A stretch of DNA of 64,000 bases, taken from contig CM082579.2 in the NCBI GenBank assembly GCA_040954595.2, positions 4,515,227-4,579,226 on the forward strand, read 5' to 3'. Made by a program: the position numbers and the translations under genes. The stretch is from Balanoglossus misakiensis. Lineage: Eukaryota; Animalia; Hemichordata. Shown piece by piece: positions 40,177 to 52,252 of the stretch (position 1 is the stretch's first letter; each line of letters starts with the position of its first letter). A model generated the notes under the pieces. The model was not told the DNA's origin. It saw only the letters and a list, made by a program, of their open reading frames with translations, and did no database searches.

Positions 40177-43100
40177 CTTGTGTAGTTTTTTTGCTCAGGT
40201 AGATCTTGAAAACGGCTGAACCTACAAATCTCAAACTTGGCACAATGGTGCGGGTCTATGAGAGCTCGTGCAGTACCCTCGTGAATGTGTAATTAGTCAC
40301 ATGACCTGATGACCATATATGGGCAAAGTTTTCAAATGGGCCTAATTTGCATATGAATGACGATATCAAAATTCTGTGCAATCATTTTGCGGACCATATG
40401 GTCAGTGTCCTACATGCTAAATTTCAAGGCTCTGGGCCAAGTCAATTTTGAGAAGAAGATTTTTAAATATTATATTTCATATTTTTTGGACCCAGCCATG
40501 GGCCTATACTTTCTATAGTTAAGCTATGACGCTATGTCCACGTCTGTGCAATGGTCCTGTACAGTGACTCTCTATTGGCCCGTGAGCAGAATGGGACCAC
40601 AATAAAAGGCAAAATTTTCGGCTCACCTGTAACACCTGCTTAACTCATTAATTATGTGCATACCTAATTCCAGGCTAACTAATACAGCTAGAGGTTTTGT
40701 TCTTGTGGGACATGGACCAGTATGGGATCAAAAATGTTTGCCCAAATTTTGGGTGACCTCAGGTGACCTTTGACCTACTTTCCTATATCTTGGCATCCAC
40801 AGCAGGTACAGACTTGGCGTATGGAGGGTTGTGACTAAAATTGAAAAGACAAAATTGGGGGTCACCTGTGACACCTGCTTATCTCATTAATTATGTGCAT
40901 ACCTAATTCCAGGCTAGCCAATAGGGCTAGAGGTTTGATTTTTGTTGAACATGGACCAGTATGGGGTTAAAATTTCTTGCCCAATTTTGGGTGACCTCAG
41001 GTGACCTTTGACCTACTTTACCATATCTCGGCAACCCACGCAGATACAGGCATTGCATTTGGAGGCATGGAACTCCTAATGGAGCCTTATACTTTACCTC
41101 ATTAATTATGTGCATATCTAATTCTAGGCGAGCCAATAGGGCTAGAGGTCTGGTTTTTGTTGGACCTGGACTAGTATGGGGTCAAAAATTTTTGCCCAAC
41201 TTTCGGGTGGCCTCAGGTGACCTTTGACCTACTTTCCTATATCTCGGCATCCAGAACAGGTACAGCATTTGTGTTTGGATGGATCGAACTATTAATGGAG
41301 TCTTACACTTTACATTATTCATTATGCGCATATCTAATTTCAGACAAGCCAATAGGGCTAGAGGTCTGGTTTCTGTTGGACCTGGACTAGTATTGGGATC
41401 AAAACTTTTTGCCCAAATTTTGGGCGACCACATATGACCTTTGACCTTCGGCTTAAGCTTGTGCCCGTCATCGCTGCTTGCAGCTATATTTTTTTTTTTT
41501 TTTTCTTGTGTAGTTTTTTTGCTCAGGTAGATCTTGAAAACGGCTGAACCTACAAATCTCAAACTTGGCACAATGGTGCAGGTCTATGAGAGCTCGTGCA
41601 GTACCCTCGTGAATGTGTAATTGGTCACATGACCTGATGACCATATATGGGCAAAGTTTTCAAATGGGCCTAATTTGCATATGAATGACGATATCAAAAT
41701 TCTGTGCAATCATTTTGCGGACCATATGGTCAGTGTCCTACATGCTAAATTTCAAGGCTCTGGGCCAAGTCAATTTTGAGAAGAAGATTTTTAAATATTA
41801 TATTTCATATTTTTTGGACCCAGCCATGGGCCTATACTTTCTATAGTTAAGCTATGACGCTATGTCCACGTCTGTGCAATGGTCCTGTACAGTGACTCTC
41901 TATTGGCCCGTGAGCAGAATGGGACCACAATAAAAGGCAAAATTTTCAGCTCACCTGTAACACCTGCTTAACTCATTAATTATGTGCATACCTAATTCCA
42001 GGCTAACTAATACAGCTAGAGGTTTTGTTCTTGTGGGACATGGACCAGTATGGGATCAAAAATGTTTGCCCAAATTTTGGGTGACCTCAGGTGACCTTTG
42101 ACCTACTTTCCTATATCTTGGCATCCACGGCAGGTACAGACTTGGCGTATGGAGGGTTGTGACTAAAATTGAAAAGACAAAATTGGGGGTCACCTGTGAC
42201 ACCTGCTTATCTCATTAATTATGTGCATACCTAATTCCAGGCTAGCCAATAGGGCTAGAGGTTTGATTTTTGTTGAACATGGACCAGTATGGGGTTAACA
42301 TTTCTTGCCCAATTTTGGGTGACCTCAGGTGACCTTTGACCTACTTTACCATATCTCGGCAACCCACGCAGATACAGGCATTGCATTTGGAGGCATGGAA
42401 CTCCTAATGGAGCCTTATACTTTACCTCATTAATTATGTGCATATCTAATTCTAGGCGAGCCAATAGGGCTAGAGGTCTGGTTTTTGTTGGACCTGGACT
42501 AGTATGGGGTCAAAAATTTTTGCCCAACTTTCGGGTGGCCTCAGGTGACCTTTGACCTACTTTCCTATATCTCGGCATCCAGAACAGGTACAGCATTTGT
42601 GTTTGGATGGATCAAACTATTAATGGAGTCTTACACTTTACATCATTCATTATGCGCATATCTAATTTCAGACAAGCCAATAGGGCTAGAGGTCTGGTTT
42701 CTGTTGGACCTGGACTAGTATTGGGATCAAAACTTTTTGCCCAAATTTTGGGCGACCACATATGACCTTTGACCTTCGGCTTAAGCTTGTGCCCGTCATC
42801 GCTGCTTGCAGCTATATTTTTTTTTTTTTTCTTGTGTAGTTTTTTTGCTCAGGTAGATCTTGAAAACGGCTGAACCTACAAATCTCAAACTTGGCACAAT
42901 GGTGCAGGTCTATGAGAGCTTGTGCAGTACCCTCGTGAATGTGTAATTAGTCACATGACCTGATGACCATATATGGGCAAAGTTTTCAAATGGGCCTAAT
43001 TTGCATATGAATGATGATATCAAAATTCTGTGCAATCATTTTGCGGACCATATGGTCAGTGTCCTACATGCTAAATTTCAAGGCTCTGGGCCAAGTCAAT

Positions 43101-44436
43101 TTTGAGAAGAAGATTTTTAAATATTATATTTCATATTTTTTGGACCCAGCCATAGGCCTATACTTTCTATAGTTAAGCTATGATGCTATGTCCACATCTG
43201 TGCAATGGTCCTGTACTGTGACTCTCTATTGGCCCGTGAGCAGAATGGGACCAAAATAAAAGGCAAAATTTTGGGCTCACCTGTAACACCTGCTTAACTC
43301 ATTAATTATGTGCATACCTAATTCTGGGCTAACTAATAGGGCTAGAGGTTTTGTGCTTGTGGGACATGGACCAGTAAAGGGTAAAAAAAAATTGCCCAAA
43401 TTTTGGGTGACCTCAGGTGAGCTTTGACCTACTTTACAATATCTCGGCATGCACAGCAGCTACAGCCTTGGCATTTGGAGGGATGGAACTCCTGATGGAG
43501 CCTTACACTTTACCTCATTAATTATGCACATACATAATTGTAGGCGAACCAATAGGGCTCGAGATTTTGTTCCTGTGGGACACGGACCAGTATGGGGTCA
43601 AAATTTCTTGCCCAAATTTTGGGTGACCACTTATGACCTTTGACCTTCGGCTTAAGCTTGGGCCCGTCATCGCTGCTTGCAGCTATATTCATGGGATTCT
43701 TATTATTCCAAATTCATAATGTCCATCAGCTGGGGACAGACAAACATTATCTCATAGACTTTCAGATGACCCCTAACCTGAGAAATGGGGAAAAACCCAT
43801 ACACGCAATATGTTCACAAAGCTGTCCTTTTCAGCTCTGAAAGGATTGTAGTGTAATTAAGCAGGGTCAAAAACACAGTTGTGCTAGGTCTTATATCAGT
43901 AAACTCTAATCATTCTACATGCGAAATGAACACACAAGCAAGCCCTGCCAACTCGCCAAAGAAAACCATATGCAGTGATCAAGGCAAAATAGCCATCTTC
44001 TATTTTTTTTTTTGAATTCAACGAACTCTTTATGCACATAAAATTATGTCTAGTGTCATTTTGATATGTACAAATTCCCCCCAGTTGTCACAATGTGTAC
44101 CAAAACCCACCCGAATGTTTCATCCTGTCTGTTGTGTGACACCAGTCACGTATGTAAACTGTCCTCGACCACTTGCCCCCACCCAAATAAAAAATCTAAC
44201 AACATTGGAACAGCCAGAGCAAAAGAACCGCTGGTAACCAGTTTGAAACCGCTGTCAATGTCAATATCATGTACGACTGACAAAGGGGAAGTCACGTATA
44301 TACTATTGTAGAAGAAGTCCTTCCTTACATTGTCTGTTGGTTCTCTGAGCAGTTTCTCCTTCCATGATGTTCTCTCTTTCTCCAGGGCATCAATCAGCAT
44401 CGCTTGGAGTTTTTTCCTGTTGTTGATGCAAGCCAT
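34646..44436 (-). CDS. CCNI: Cyclin I
   Basis: Exons (minus) 44436-44329, 39027-38893, 36249-36175, 35744-35604, 35402-35172, 35032-34646, all phase 0. Cyclin box [48 protein letters not shown]; [15 protein letters not shown]; cyclin-I-type C-terminal [21 protein letters not shown]. Acceptor at 44465 and a donor near 45280 suggest a non-coding first exon. Confidence 0.94.
40032..43688 (-). mobile_element. Tandem array (2 long + 1 shorter unit) of a non-autonomous Helentron/HINE-like rolling-circle element in a cyclin I intron
   Basis: Units start at 40177, 41505 and 42831 (period ~1327 bp) and are separated by T tracts. Each ends ..GCTTG[T/G]GCCCGTCATCGCTGCTTGCAGCTATAT (short hairpin plus subterminal repeat). 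The other end has the hairpin TAGGGCACAAGCC-aagca-GGCTTGTGCCCTA in a 60-bp block present twice (40032-40151). Internal ~220-240 bp subrepeats, no transposase ORF, no TSD seen. The repeat is certain; the family assignment is from terminal architecture. Confidence 0.75.
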
Positions 44437-45279
44437 GTTCTGCCCTGTTGCACACCGCCACAGACCTGAGATGGAGAAAAAAGAAAACATGGGTTAGTGA
44501 TGTTATGATACGCGCCATTGTAGTACGAAATTGACAGAGACCAACTGAAATATACAACAAAAACTTGTATATTTTTCATTGTCAAATTTCACAAGGGGCC
44601 CCTAAGCCTAAGGTTGTTATCTTGTTGGAGTCACTCGATCACGGTCAGGAGTCGTGGTCATCAATACAAACAAACCGATATCACTGCACGAAAACTGTAC
44701 AATTTAATTTCAACTTTCAAGTGGCGTCCCTCCATCGTCTCTACGCTACGGGAGTACTACATCGCGTAGGTAGCAACGGCTCCCCGGACTTTTGGAGGGA
44801 ACGCCGTCATCTAACCGTCAATGCATCAAGTTATCGCTGCATATAAATTATCTACTAGGGACGCCAAACAGCACAGAAATCTGTCTCACACTATAATTCG
44901 AGAACAATATTTCAATCGTCGAAGAACGCACCAGTATCGCAACACTGTAAAAATACACACCAATTTCAATATTCAAGAACAAAGGTTAGCCGGGGATTTC
45001 CAAGTGACTTCATTTTCGCTGACGACAGTGTTTCCGCATCCGCCTTTGGTACGTCATAAATTGCCAAAAGAGACAGTACTGTCGTTTCACTTTAAAGAAT
45101 ATCCACACAACAAACTTGACACAAAATATTACATTTTTAAGAAACGTTTCTAAAGGGTGGAATCCTCTGTGTCGCCAGAAGTCGGTCGGTATTTGGTTGC
45201 CTTGTTAGCGAAATGACGACGGCAAAATGGAGACGAGCTACACACAGAGCAACTAGCTGTCAACAACAGAAAAATCTTA

Positions 45280-47345
45280 CCTTCTCGCCAAAAGTGCAGC
45301 AAATTTGGTAGATGGATGATCTATATTGATCCATAAGCGCCCGAAGTACCGTCTCTAGCACATGGTGACTATTTGTTTTCTAAAATCCCCGATAATATTG
45401 CATAAAACTGTTTGATGAACAGAGAAAATTTTGCCGACTGTGTCCTTCTGGGCGTTAGTTTATATTTACAACAACAGATACGAAACCATTTACATAATTA
45501 CGATCAGCTGGTCGCTGCTGTGTGAAATGTCCTAATCGGTCCGCATAATATAGTCCCATCATAACAACACAAAGAACGCTTAGTATGTCATTACTATAAA
45601 TCAATAACATATAAGTAATATCAACTTATTTTTCTTTTGCTGTATATTACATACGAGATTTTAACTTGCATTTCAATATCTCGTTTCCTGACCAGCGGAT
45701 GAATATTCCCAAGAAAATGATTATGTAGATTAGGTGAAATAGCAGCCAATCACAATGGGTATGTCTACGTGCAATTGACATTTTAGAGATAACAAGGTTT
45801 ATTTCCACAACCAGAACATGTAGGGAGTTTGTAGAATTTTCGCATGTACGGAATTGTTAGGATACGGCAAAACTGTAAAATTATTACTAAAATAACAGTA
45901 GTCTATTGCCAACCAGTGGCAACATTTTGTTCAATGCAGTTGACCTAAATACAACGAACCGGCGACTCGGCCCTGGCGAAAACAAAATTAGAAATGCAGT
46001 ACATAAATAGATGTACGTTTCTGACCAATGACAACCCACCTTAGAAATTAACATACATAATACGCTGATCATCCAATCACAGTTCGCAAAAGTGAAGGCG
46101 CCAAGTCCAAACGGTATTTGCGTTGCCAGCTGATGTCCTCAGTTAGTAAACAAAGGTTATTTCTTCGGAGCAAAAAATCTCAGGGTAAGTTCCCTAGGGC
46201 TTCATTGTTGTTGATTTTGGAAACATATTTCATGGCAAATATTAATTTACCTGCCTACGTGACATGGTATCGACTCCGATCTGTTTTCTGTCATAGACTT
46301 CCATCGAAATAGTGAATGACAGCTGCAATCAGCTGGCGCTGGTCAAATCAAGGGGCTACCGGCCGCGGGGACAAAGGCAACAAAACTGGGGTACAGGATG
46401 CAACCATGTAATAGTAACCTTTGCACTTATTCTACGGGCTGAAGCTCAGTGATCTTCTTCCTCTATCTTCACAGATGTATTTGATAAGTTGCGACTGAAA
46501 ATGGCGTAATCTACCCCTGCAACTACCAAGAGACTTACAGTTACAGTGACACCCTTCCGATCTCAGTTTCCTTGCATTATATTCGAAGGTAAGCAAGCCG
46601 ATCGGTATAATATCTTGCAAAAATATATATATATATAGGCGACGATCGCATACGGGTATTAATTTTGAGAAAACTACGAAACTTAATTGTGTTTATTTCG
46701 TGCAAGATTTGTTTTGTTGTAGTGCCTTGTGAAATGGACACTATAAATGTCAAATCTGCTCTGTAGCTAACAGTAACACCCACAAGTTTCCTTTTATTCA
46801 TGTCAATGACAGATACCTAAAATAAAGTGATATTATGAAGAAATTAATACAGCCCACATCACCATGGAGCTTGAAACTTGAATGATAGCGTACAAAGGAT
46901 TTGTAAACAAGAATCATGATTGACTTTGAAAGGGAAATTAACACCCTTTGTCAAATTTCTTTGTACTGAGTGAAGGTGCCTCCATAGATATGCAAAACCA
47001 GAATTTGATTCAAACTATTACATAAGATGTAAACAGTACATGAAGCCATCATGTGGGCGTCATGCATTTTGCCTGTAGACGATGACCTCCGATCCCGGGT
47101 CCAGCGATCTGTTGCGTAGTGTTTACAAATTTAATACCCGGTGCCCTGTCGAGACCGAAATTGTTCAGTCACGAGTGGCTTTTTACTAGCACACTGAAAA
47201 CTTTCAATGTCAGGAGTCGTTTTTTTCTGTCGTATCAATGATAAATAAGGTCCAGAAATCAGGGCGTAAAATTCAAAAACAATGGTGAACAAATGTTACT
47301 CTATCACATTCTGCCTCATACATTTGTAAAAATTTAACATCACAG
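45280..47345. promoter_or_regulatory. Divergent cyclin I / cyclin G promoter region with CCAAT boxes, forkhead sites and candidate non-coding cyclin G exons
   Basis: CCAATCACA near 45747 and 46073; GTAAACA at 46146, 46903, 47029 and 47120 (reverse); donors at 46185 (gtaagt) and 46589 (gtaagc); acceptors at 46474 and 47345; minus-strand donor at 45280. Confidence 0.5.
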
Positions 47346-50300
47346 ATGGCTCGTACACCACGTCAAAACTACCAAGAAGAGATGACCAATTTATTGGATT
47401 CACTGCAGCGTTCTTTGGAGAAAGAAAGCAGTTACCTTCCTAAATTGGATGGCTCCAATTATATTCCCAAGGTGAGCTGACAGATACATTTGATTGATTT
47501 CACACTCATCTATAACCATAGCAAGGCCAGATGATGAAACTGGGAATGCTAAAATAACTCATGCATTTGGAGGTTCTACTTGAACTTGGTTTAATTTCAA
47601 CAAAGTGGCAGGACTGTTTTCAATAATATACTTCCACTCTGTTGTTTTTAGGAGAACTGCTTCCTTTCGCGTCATTTCGCACTTCCCCCAGTCTTTGGAC
47701 GTCACTAGTTGGACTTTGAGATCCAATTGTTCTCATATCCTTGAGATATCTGAACGTATGGAAGCAGCCTTCATATTATGTCCATTTGTTATCTGTTGAA
47801 GGTCCCCTCAATTTTGAATACAATGTCACCTTGGTATGGTTCTTTACGCGTAGATTTCTCTCTCCTTCCAAGTAATGCATTGATGATTTTTTTTTTTTGC
47901 AGGAAAATCCTAGTCTGATCACCCCCGAGATGCGCAGCAACAGTGTCTGCAATTTGCGCGTGTTGAACCGTTTCTACCGGCATCCATCGGAAACATTCAT
48001 GCTGGCTGTCAGTACTATGGATCGATTCCTATCTGTTGTCAAGGTAACCCAATGGGACAGTTCACATTCTTGGTTTCTGTGAAATGGTTTTGAGAATGAA
48101 GTGATCAAGTTATTTATCAGTCCACTCCTATTTATGCTTTTTAAAAAAGAAAAGAAAATCTTATTATTAAATTTTATGATTGAAATTGCTAAGCCCATAC
48201 TACATGCAGTTTCATCTGATTTTAAATATGCAAATTTGAGATAAGCTGATTATGTCCAAAAATTTGAATTATTGATCTGTATGCTTATCTGTGATGTAAT
48301 ATACACCATGTTCTCACAAAGGACATCAGATTGTGGCCTTATTAAAAATTCACTTTTGGGTTTTCCATTGAATTTAAAAGAATCATACGGTACATCATTA
48401 TAACAGAAAGCATAAATTACTCTGAAAAAAGTTCATTATTTTTGTGTGCAAATTATGGATGAAACATTTTCTTTTGCAGGCAAGACCTCACCACATGGCG
48501 TGTGTCAGTGTGACCTGTTATCACATAGCAATGAAAAGTACCGTCACCGAGCAGGTACAGTTATGTTTATAGTGGTAGTTCTGGTTGTTGTTTTCATCTG
48601 CTGTAGATAGAATGTTTATTTTTACAGTAAGTGTCCTTTTTAAAAAAAAGTTTCTCTCTCTCTTTCCTCCGCTAGGATACAGTTTCAACGTGCGACCTCA
48701 TCCGCATAAGTCAGGCCGGATGCACAGTGGGCGACGTGCACAGAATGCAGCGGATAATCCTGGAGAAGTTGAACTGGGACCTTGATGCTCCCACATCGCT
48801 GACATTCCTGCATATGTTCTACACCTTGGCCCTGGCACACGGATATCTGCCTATGGAAGAGGAAGGCGACCGCCTCCAATCCCTGACGTGGAAGTTGGAG
48901 GCGTGCATCAGCCACAAGGCCTTTTCCATTTTCAAGGTAAAGAGAGTGATTTTAATTGCCGTTAGTTAGTGCAAGGTTGGTTAATGTCAGAGACTGCAGT
49001 TGCATCCAAACAGACCACTCAAGTAGTGCAACAGCGCCCCCACAGTTCATTCTGTCAATTGGAACCACTTTTTGTCTTGGCGTAATCGTCGTTCTTTTCC
49101 AGGGCGGAGTCACACTCCAACGGGTCCAGTTTGGAAGTTCTGCTGTTGTAACTTTGGACCACTTGCATCAATTTTCAGTGTTTATATCCCTTCTCTTGGC
49201 AGGCATCCACTCTGGCCCTTTCTCTGCTGAGTTGTGAGATAGCCGAGCACTTGAGGGAGTACAGTGGCTCCGTGGGTTGGATGAGAGCCACGCTGTCCCT
49301 GCAGTTGCTGACAGAGGTAAATAACAGCATAAATCAAAATTGTATTTGACGTACCGCCCCCATGCCAGCAGATCAGCTCCAACCAATTCTCCGGTCCAAT
49401 TTCTGCCAGCAGCTACAGTATCTGGGAACCCAGTCCCCACTTGTCTTTTGTATCAACACTTTGCACCTTGACTCACTGGTGACCTGTGATGTCATTCAGA
49501 TGTTTTCTTCAGAGCCGGGTTCAAAGGGTCAAAAGATTTTGTTTTTAACAGACAGTTAATATCTTGGGCAAGGTGTTTCTGTTATTCTAGGAATAACATG
49601 GTGTTTTTCTTTCCTGACCAGATTACCGACTGTGAACTGCTGCAGTGTAGGACGCTGGTGTGCGAGTTCCTGGAAATCTACTCCTCTCCCAAAGGCAAGA
49701 TGCCGAGGAGCAAACTCCGATGGATCATCTCCTCCCGAACGGCCAAACAGCTGCAGTTCGGCACCCAGTGCGTGACGGGATTGCCGACCATACATGAGCA
49801 TCGGGTGTACACAGCGCCCTCGGGTGACGAAGACTCGTGCAACAGGTAAATTCAATAGTTCATATATCATGACCAGTCATTTTCAGTGTCCGGACCGGCA
49901 GTGTAGGGCTGTAAAACAGGATTGACTGTGTTCACTTGTTTGTCTTGTAAGAGATACGGACTGATCCACTTAAGTGACCTCCTTTAGAGTCACTCTAAGT
50001 CGCAGGAAATCCATGTGGAAGTCATTTGGCAATAGGCCACTTTCATGACCCTTTGCATTCTGACATTTCTGTTGGCATGAATCCAGTATTTTGTTTCAAA
50101 ACTCCACAAGAGCCAACCTTATTCATTGACTTCCAAACTGAATTGCAATTTTAATTAAATCACAATTACAATATTCACTTCACTGTTTGTTTGTTTGACA
50201 ATCACGCAAAACAAATGTCAGCAAAGATTTATCTCTTGTCAACGCTTTCTAATACTTGGTTTTCCTCTGTGAGAATCACCATACAGAGTATACAACAGGG

Positions 50301-50715
50301 TCAATGCCCTCTTTGGCCCTATGGGGTCTCTACAGACTGGATTCCATGGTGGGGAGATTTGCACAACAAATTAGGGTTGACAGGTCAACAATAGAGCCTG
50401 ACCCGCACAGGTCAAGATGTCACTGCTTGTGGCTTCGTCTGAAAATAAAAGACGTCTTTATCTCTGATGCTTTAACCCCACAGCTCAATGGAAGATATGC
50501 AGTTTCTACCCTCAATGGATCCAGACGATTACGTCCATTGCGAAAACGACACCGCCATCTCGCAGGCACGCAGTGTCACCGTGGAAACAGACAGAGACAA
50601 TTCCGTATGCGTGGATAAACCTGTCATGTTCAGGTACAGAAATGAGGACTCGGTTGTGTGCCATTTTCAGAACATCCACAACAGCGCGCCAAGTATACAA
50701 GTCAACTCATCATGA
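47346..50715 (+). CDS. CCNG2: Cyclin G (G1/G2 pro-orthologue)
   Basis: Exons 47346-47471, 47903-48043, 48480-48554, 48676-48936, 49203-49316, 49622-49845, 50484-50715, in phase. SETFMLAVSTMDRFLSVVKARPHHMACV; DLIRISQAGCTVGDVHRMQRIILEKL; cyclin-G-type KLRWIISSRTAKQL..LPTIHE. Confidence 0.92.
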
Positions 50716-51794
50716 CGGATGCTGTGTGTTTCAAACACCCCTGCTATAATTTATATAAAGACAGACAATTTTTAAAAGTAAAGATAAAATCTTTAAACAG
50801 TTTTGAAATTTTTAATATTAATCAACAGCAGTTTTATGCTGTTGAAAACGTTGCATTTCTTGTTTTGTATTTAATGTATGAGTTGAGAATTCAATGTGAG
50901 TATGACAGGGCGGTCTGTTTCTCTCAGCAGCTGACTGACCTTTGACCTAATAAAACTTATTTTCCAGCAGTTTGATTCAGTGCAATTGATGCGAGGTGGT
51001 GTCTGATTACTGTCTGTAAATAACAAGTGCTCTGGCAGGGCTAAGTCACAAGAAACTGACAATCTATATTCAGGGGTTTCTCCAAATTATATCCAGAGAA
51101 TGCATTTATAAATGATTTGTCACAACGGTCATGTACAATTGCTGCAGATACAGCATCCTGCATTGTGCCCTAAGAGAATGTCCCATGGACGATAAACTGA
51201 CCAGAAAGAGAAAATCAACCTTGACTTTTTTTGGCAGAAAGAGAAAAACGACCTTGACTGTTTTGTGTCAATACCCTTGAAAAATCCACAGCTCTCTTGA
51301 AACTGTCCACGACAATTGGCCATGTTCCAGGCCAGGACTTAATCCACTCTTCTAAAGAAAATCATAATGCTTTCAAAGATTTTCAGAAAATATCCTGTCA
51401 ACAATATGCGTCACAATCATTGTATAGCTGCTCAGAGGGTCGTTTGTTTACAACGGAAATCCAGCCACATCAACTGAAAACAGTGAGATGGACCATACTG
51501 TAGGGGTGTTGAAAGGGCAAAGTAACGATCTCTTACTGCCATTGTCCCATTAAAAAGGGGTTTCAATCACCTCTCATAAATTTTCAAAGTTCCCAAATAC
51601 AAGTACAAAATAAATATTTTTTCTGTAAGAACCGTAACAAGATTGAGTGAATTTTAAAAGTTTTTACTGTTTTTGTTTTTAATAATTATATATTACAATG
51701 TAAATATTTTCTACATTTTTTGGTAAAAATTATTCTTAAGCTATTAAAGTATTTCTACAAAAATAAACAATAACATGTAGTTCACTCCTTATAG

Positions 51795-52252
51795 TAGTCT
51801 CGGTTACCCAGACGCCTTTGCTTCTTCCGATGCTCTCCAGAAAAGGGTCTGGGGAAATGCTATTGAAAGCTGTGTAAAACAAAATGGCCGATGTCAGGAT
51901 TTTGATCATCGCCTGATTGGTTGAGCTGTCAGTATGACCCGGGTCACTGACTTTCGACAATGTGTGATTATTTGTCGTATCTTCATATCAAGAGACCGGT
52001 ACTTGTTGGTTGATGCGAAAGGCAAAAGGCGTCCTCTGTTAGCATTGTTGGAGAAATTATATGAAATATCTTTGGTAGACGATTGTCGAAACTATTGCAA
52101 TGACCCGGGTCATACTGACAGCTCAGCCAATCAGGCGATGATCAAAATCCTGACATCGGCCATTTTGTTTTACAAAGCTTTCAATAGCATTTCCCCAGAC
52201 CCTTTTCTGGAGAGCATCGGAAGAAGCAAAGGCGTCTGGGTAACCGAGACTA
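51795..52252. mobile_element. 458-bp non-autonomous foldback DNA transposon (MITE) with 152-bp TIRs and 9-bp TSD
   Basis: 51795-51946 is the near-perfect reverse complement of 52101-52252; termini TAGTCTCGG..CCGAGACTA; TCCTTATAG flanks both sides (51786-51794 and 52253-52261). Confidence 0.93.

Noticed and set aside
40303-40330. Hammerhead-like CTGATGA-ccatatatgg-GCAAA in each repeat unit (possible retrozyme)
   Set aside because: The core needs GAAA after stem II; here it is GCAAA, and I could not build stems I/III with an NUH cleavage site.
40927-43840. Repeated short ORFs within the tandem array; CRISPR-like appearance of the subrepeats
   Set aside because: No Rep/helicase or transposase motifs; units are long degenerate repeats without unique spacers, in a eukaryotic intron with no cas genes.
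45810-45850. p53 response element upstream of cyclin G
   Set aside because: Only an imperfect single half-site (GAACATGTAG); CATG words are common in this sequence.
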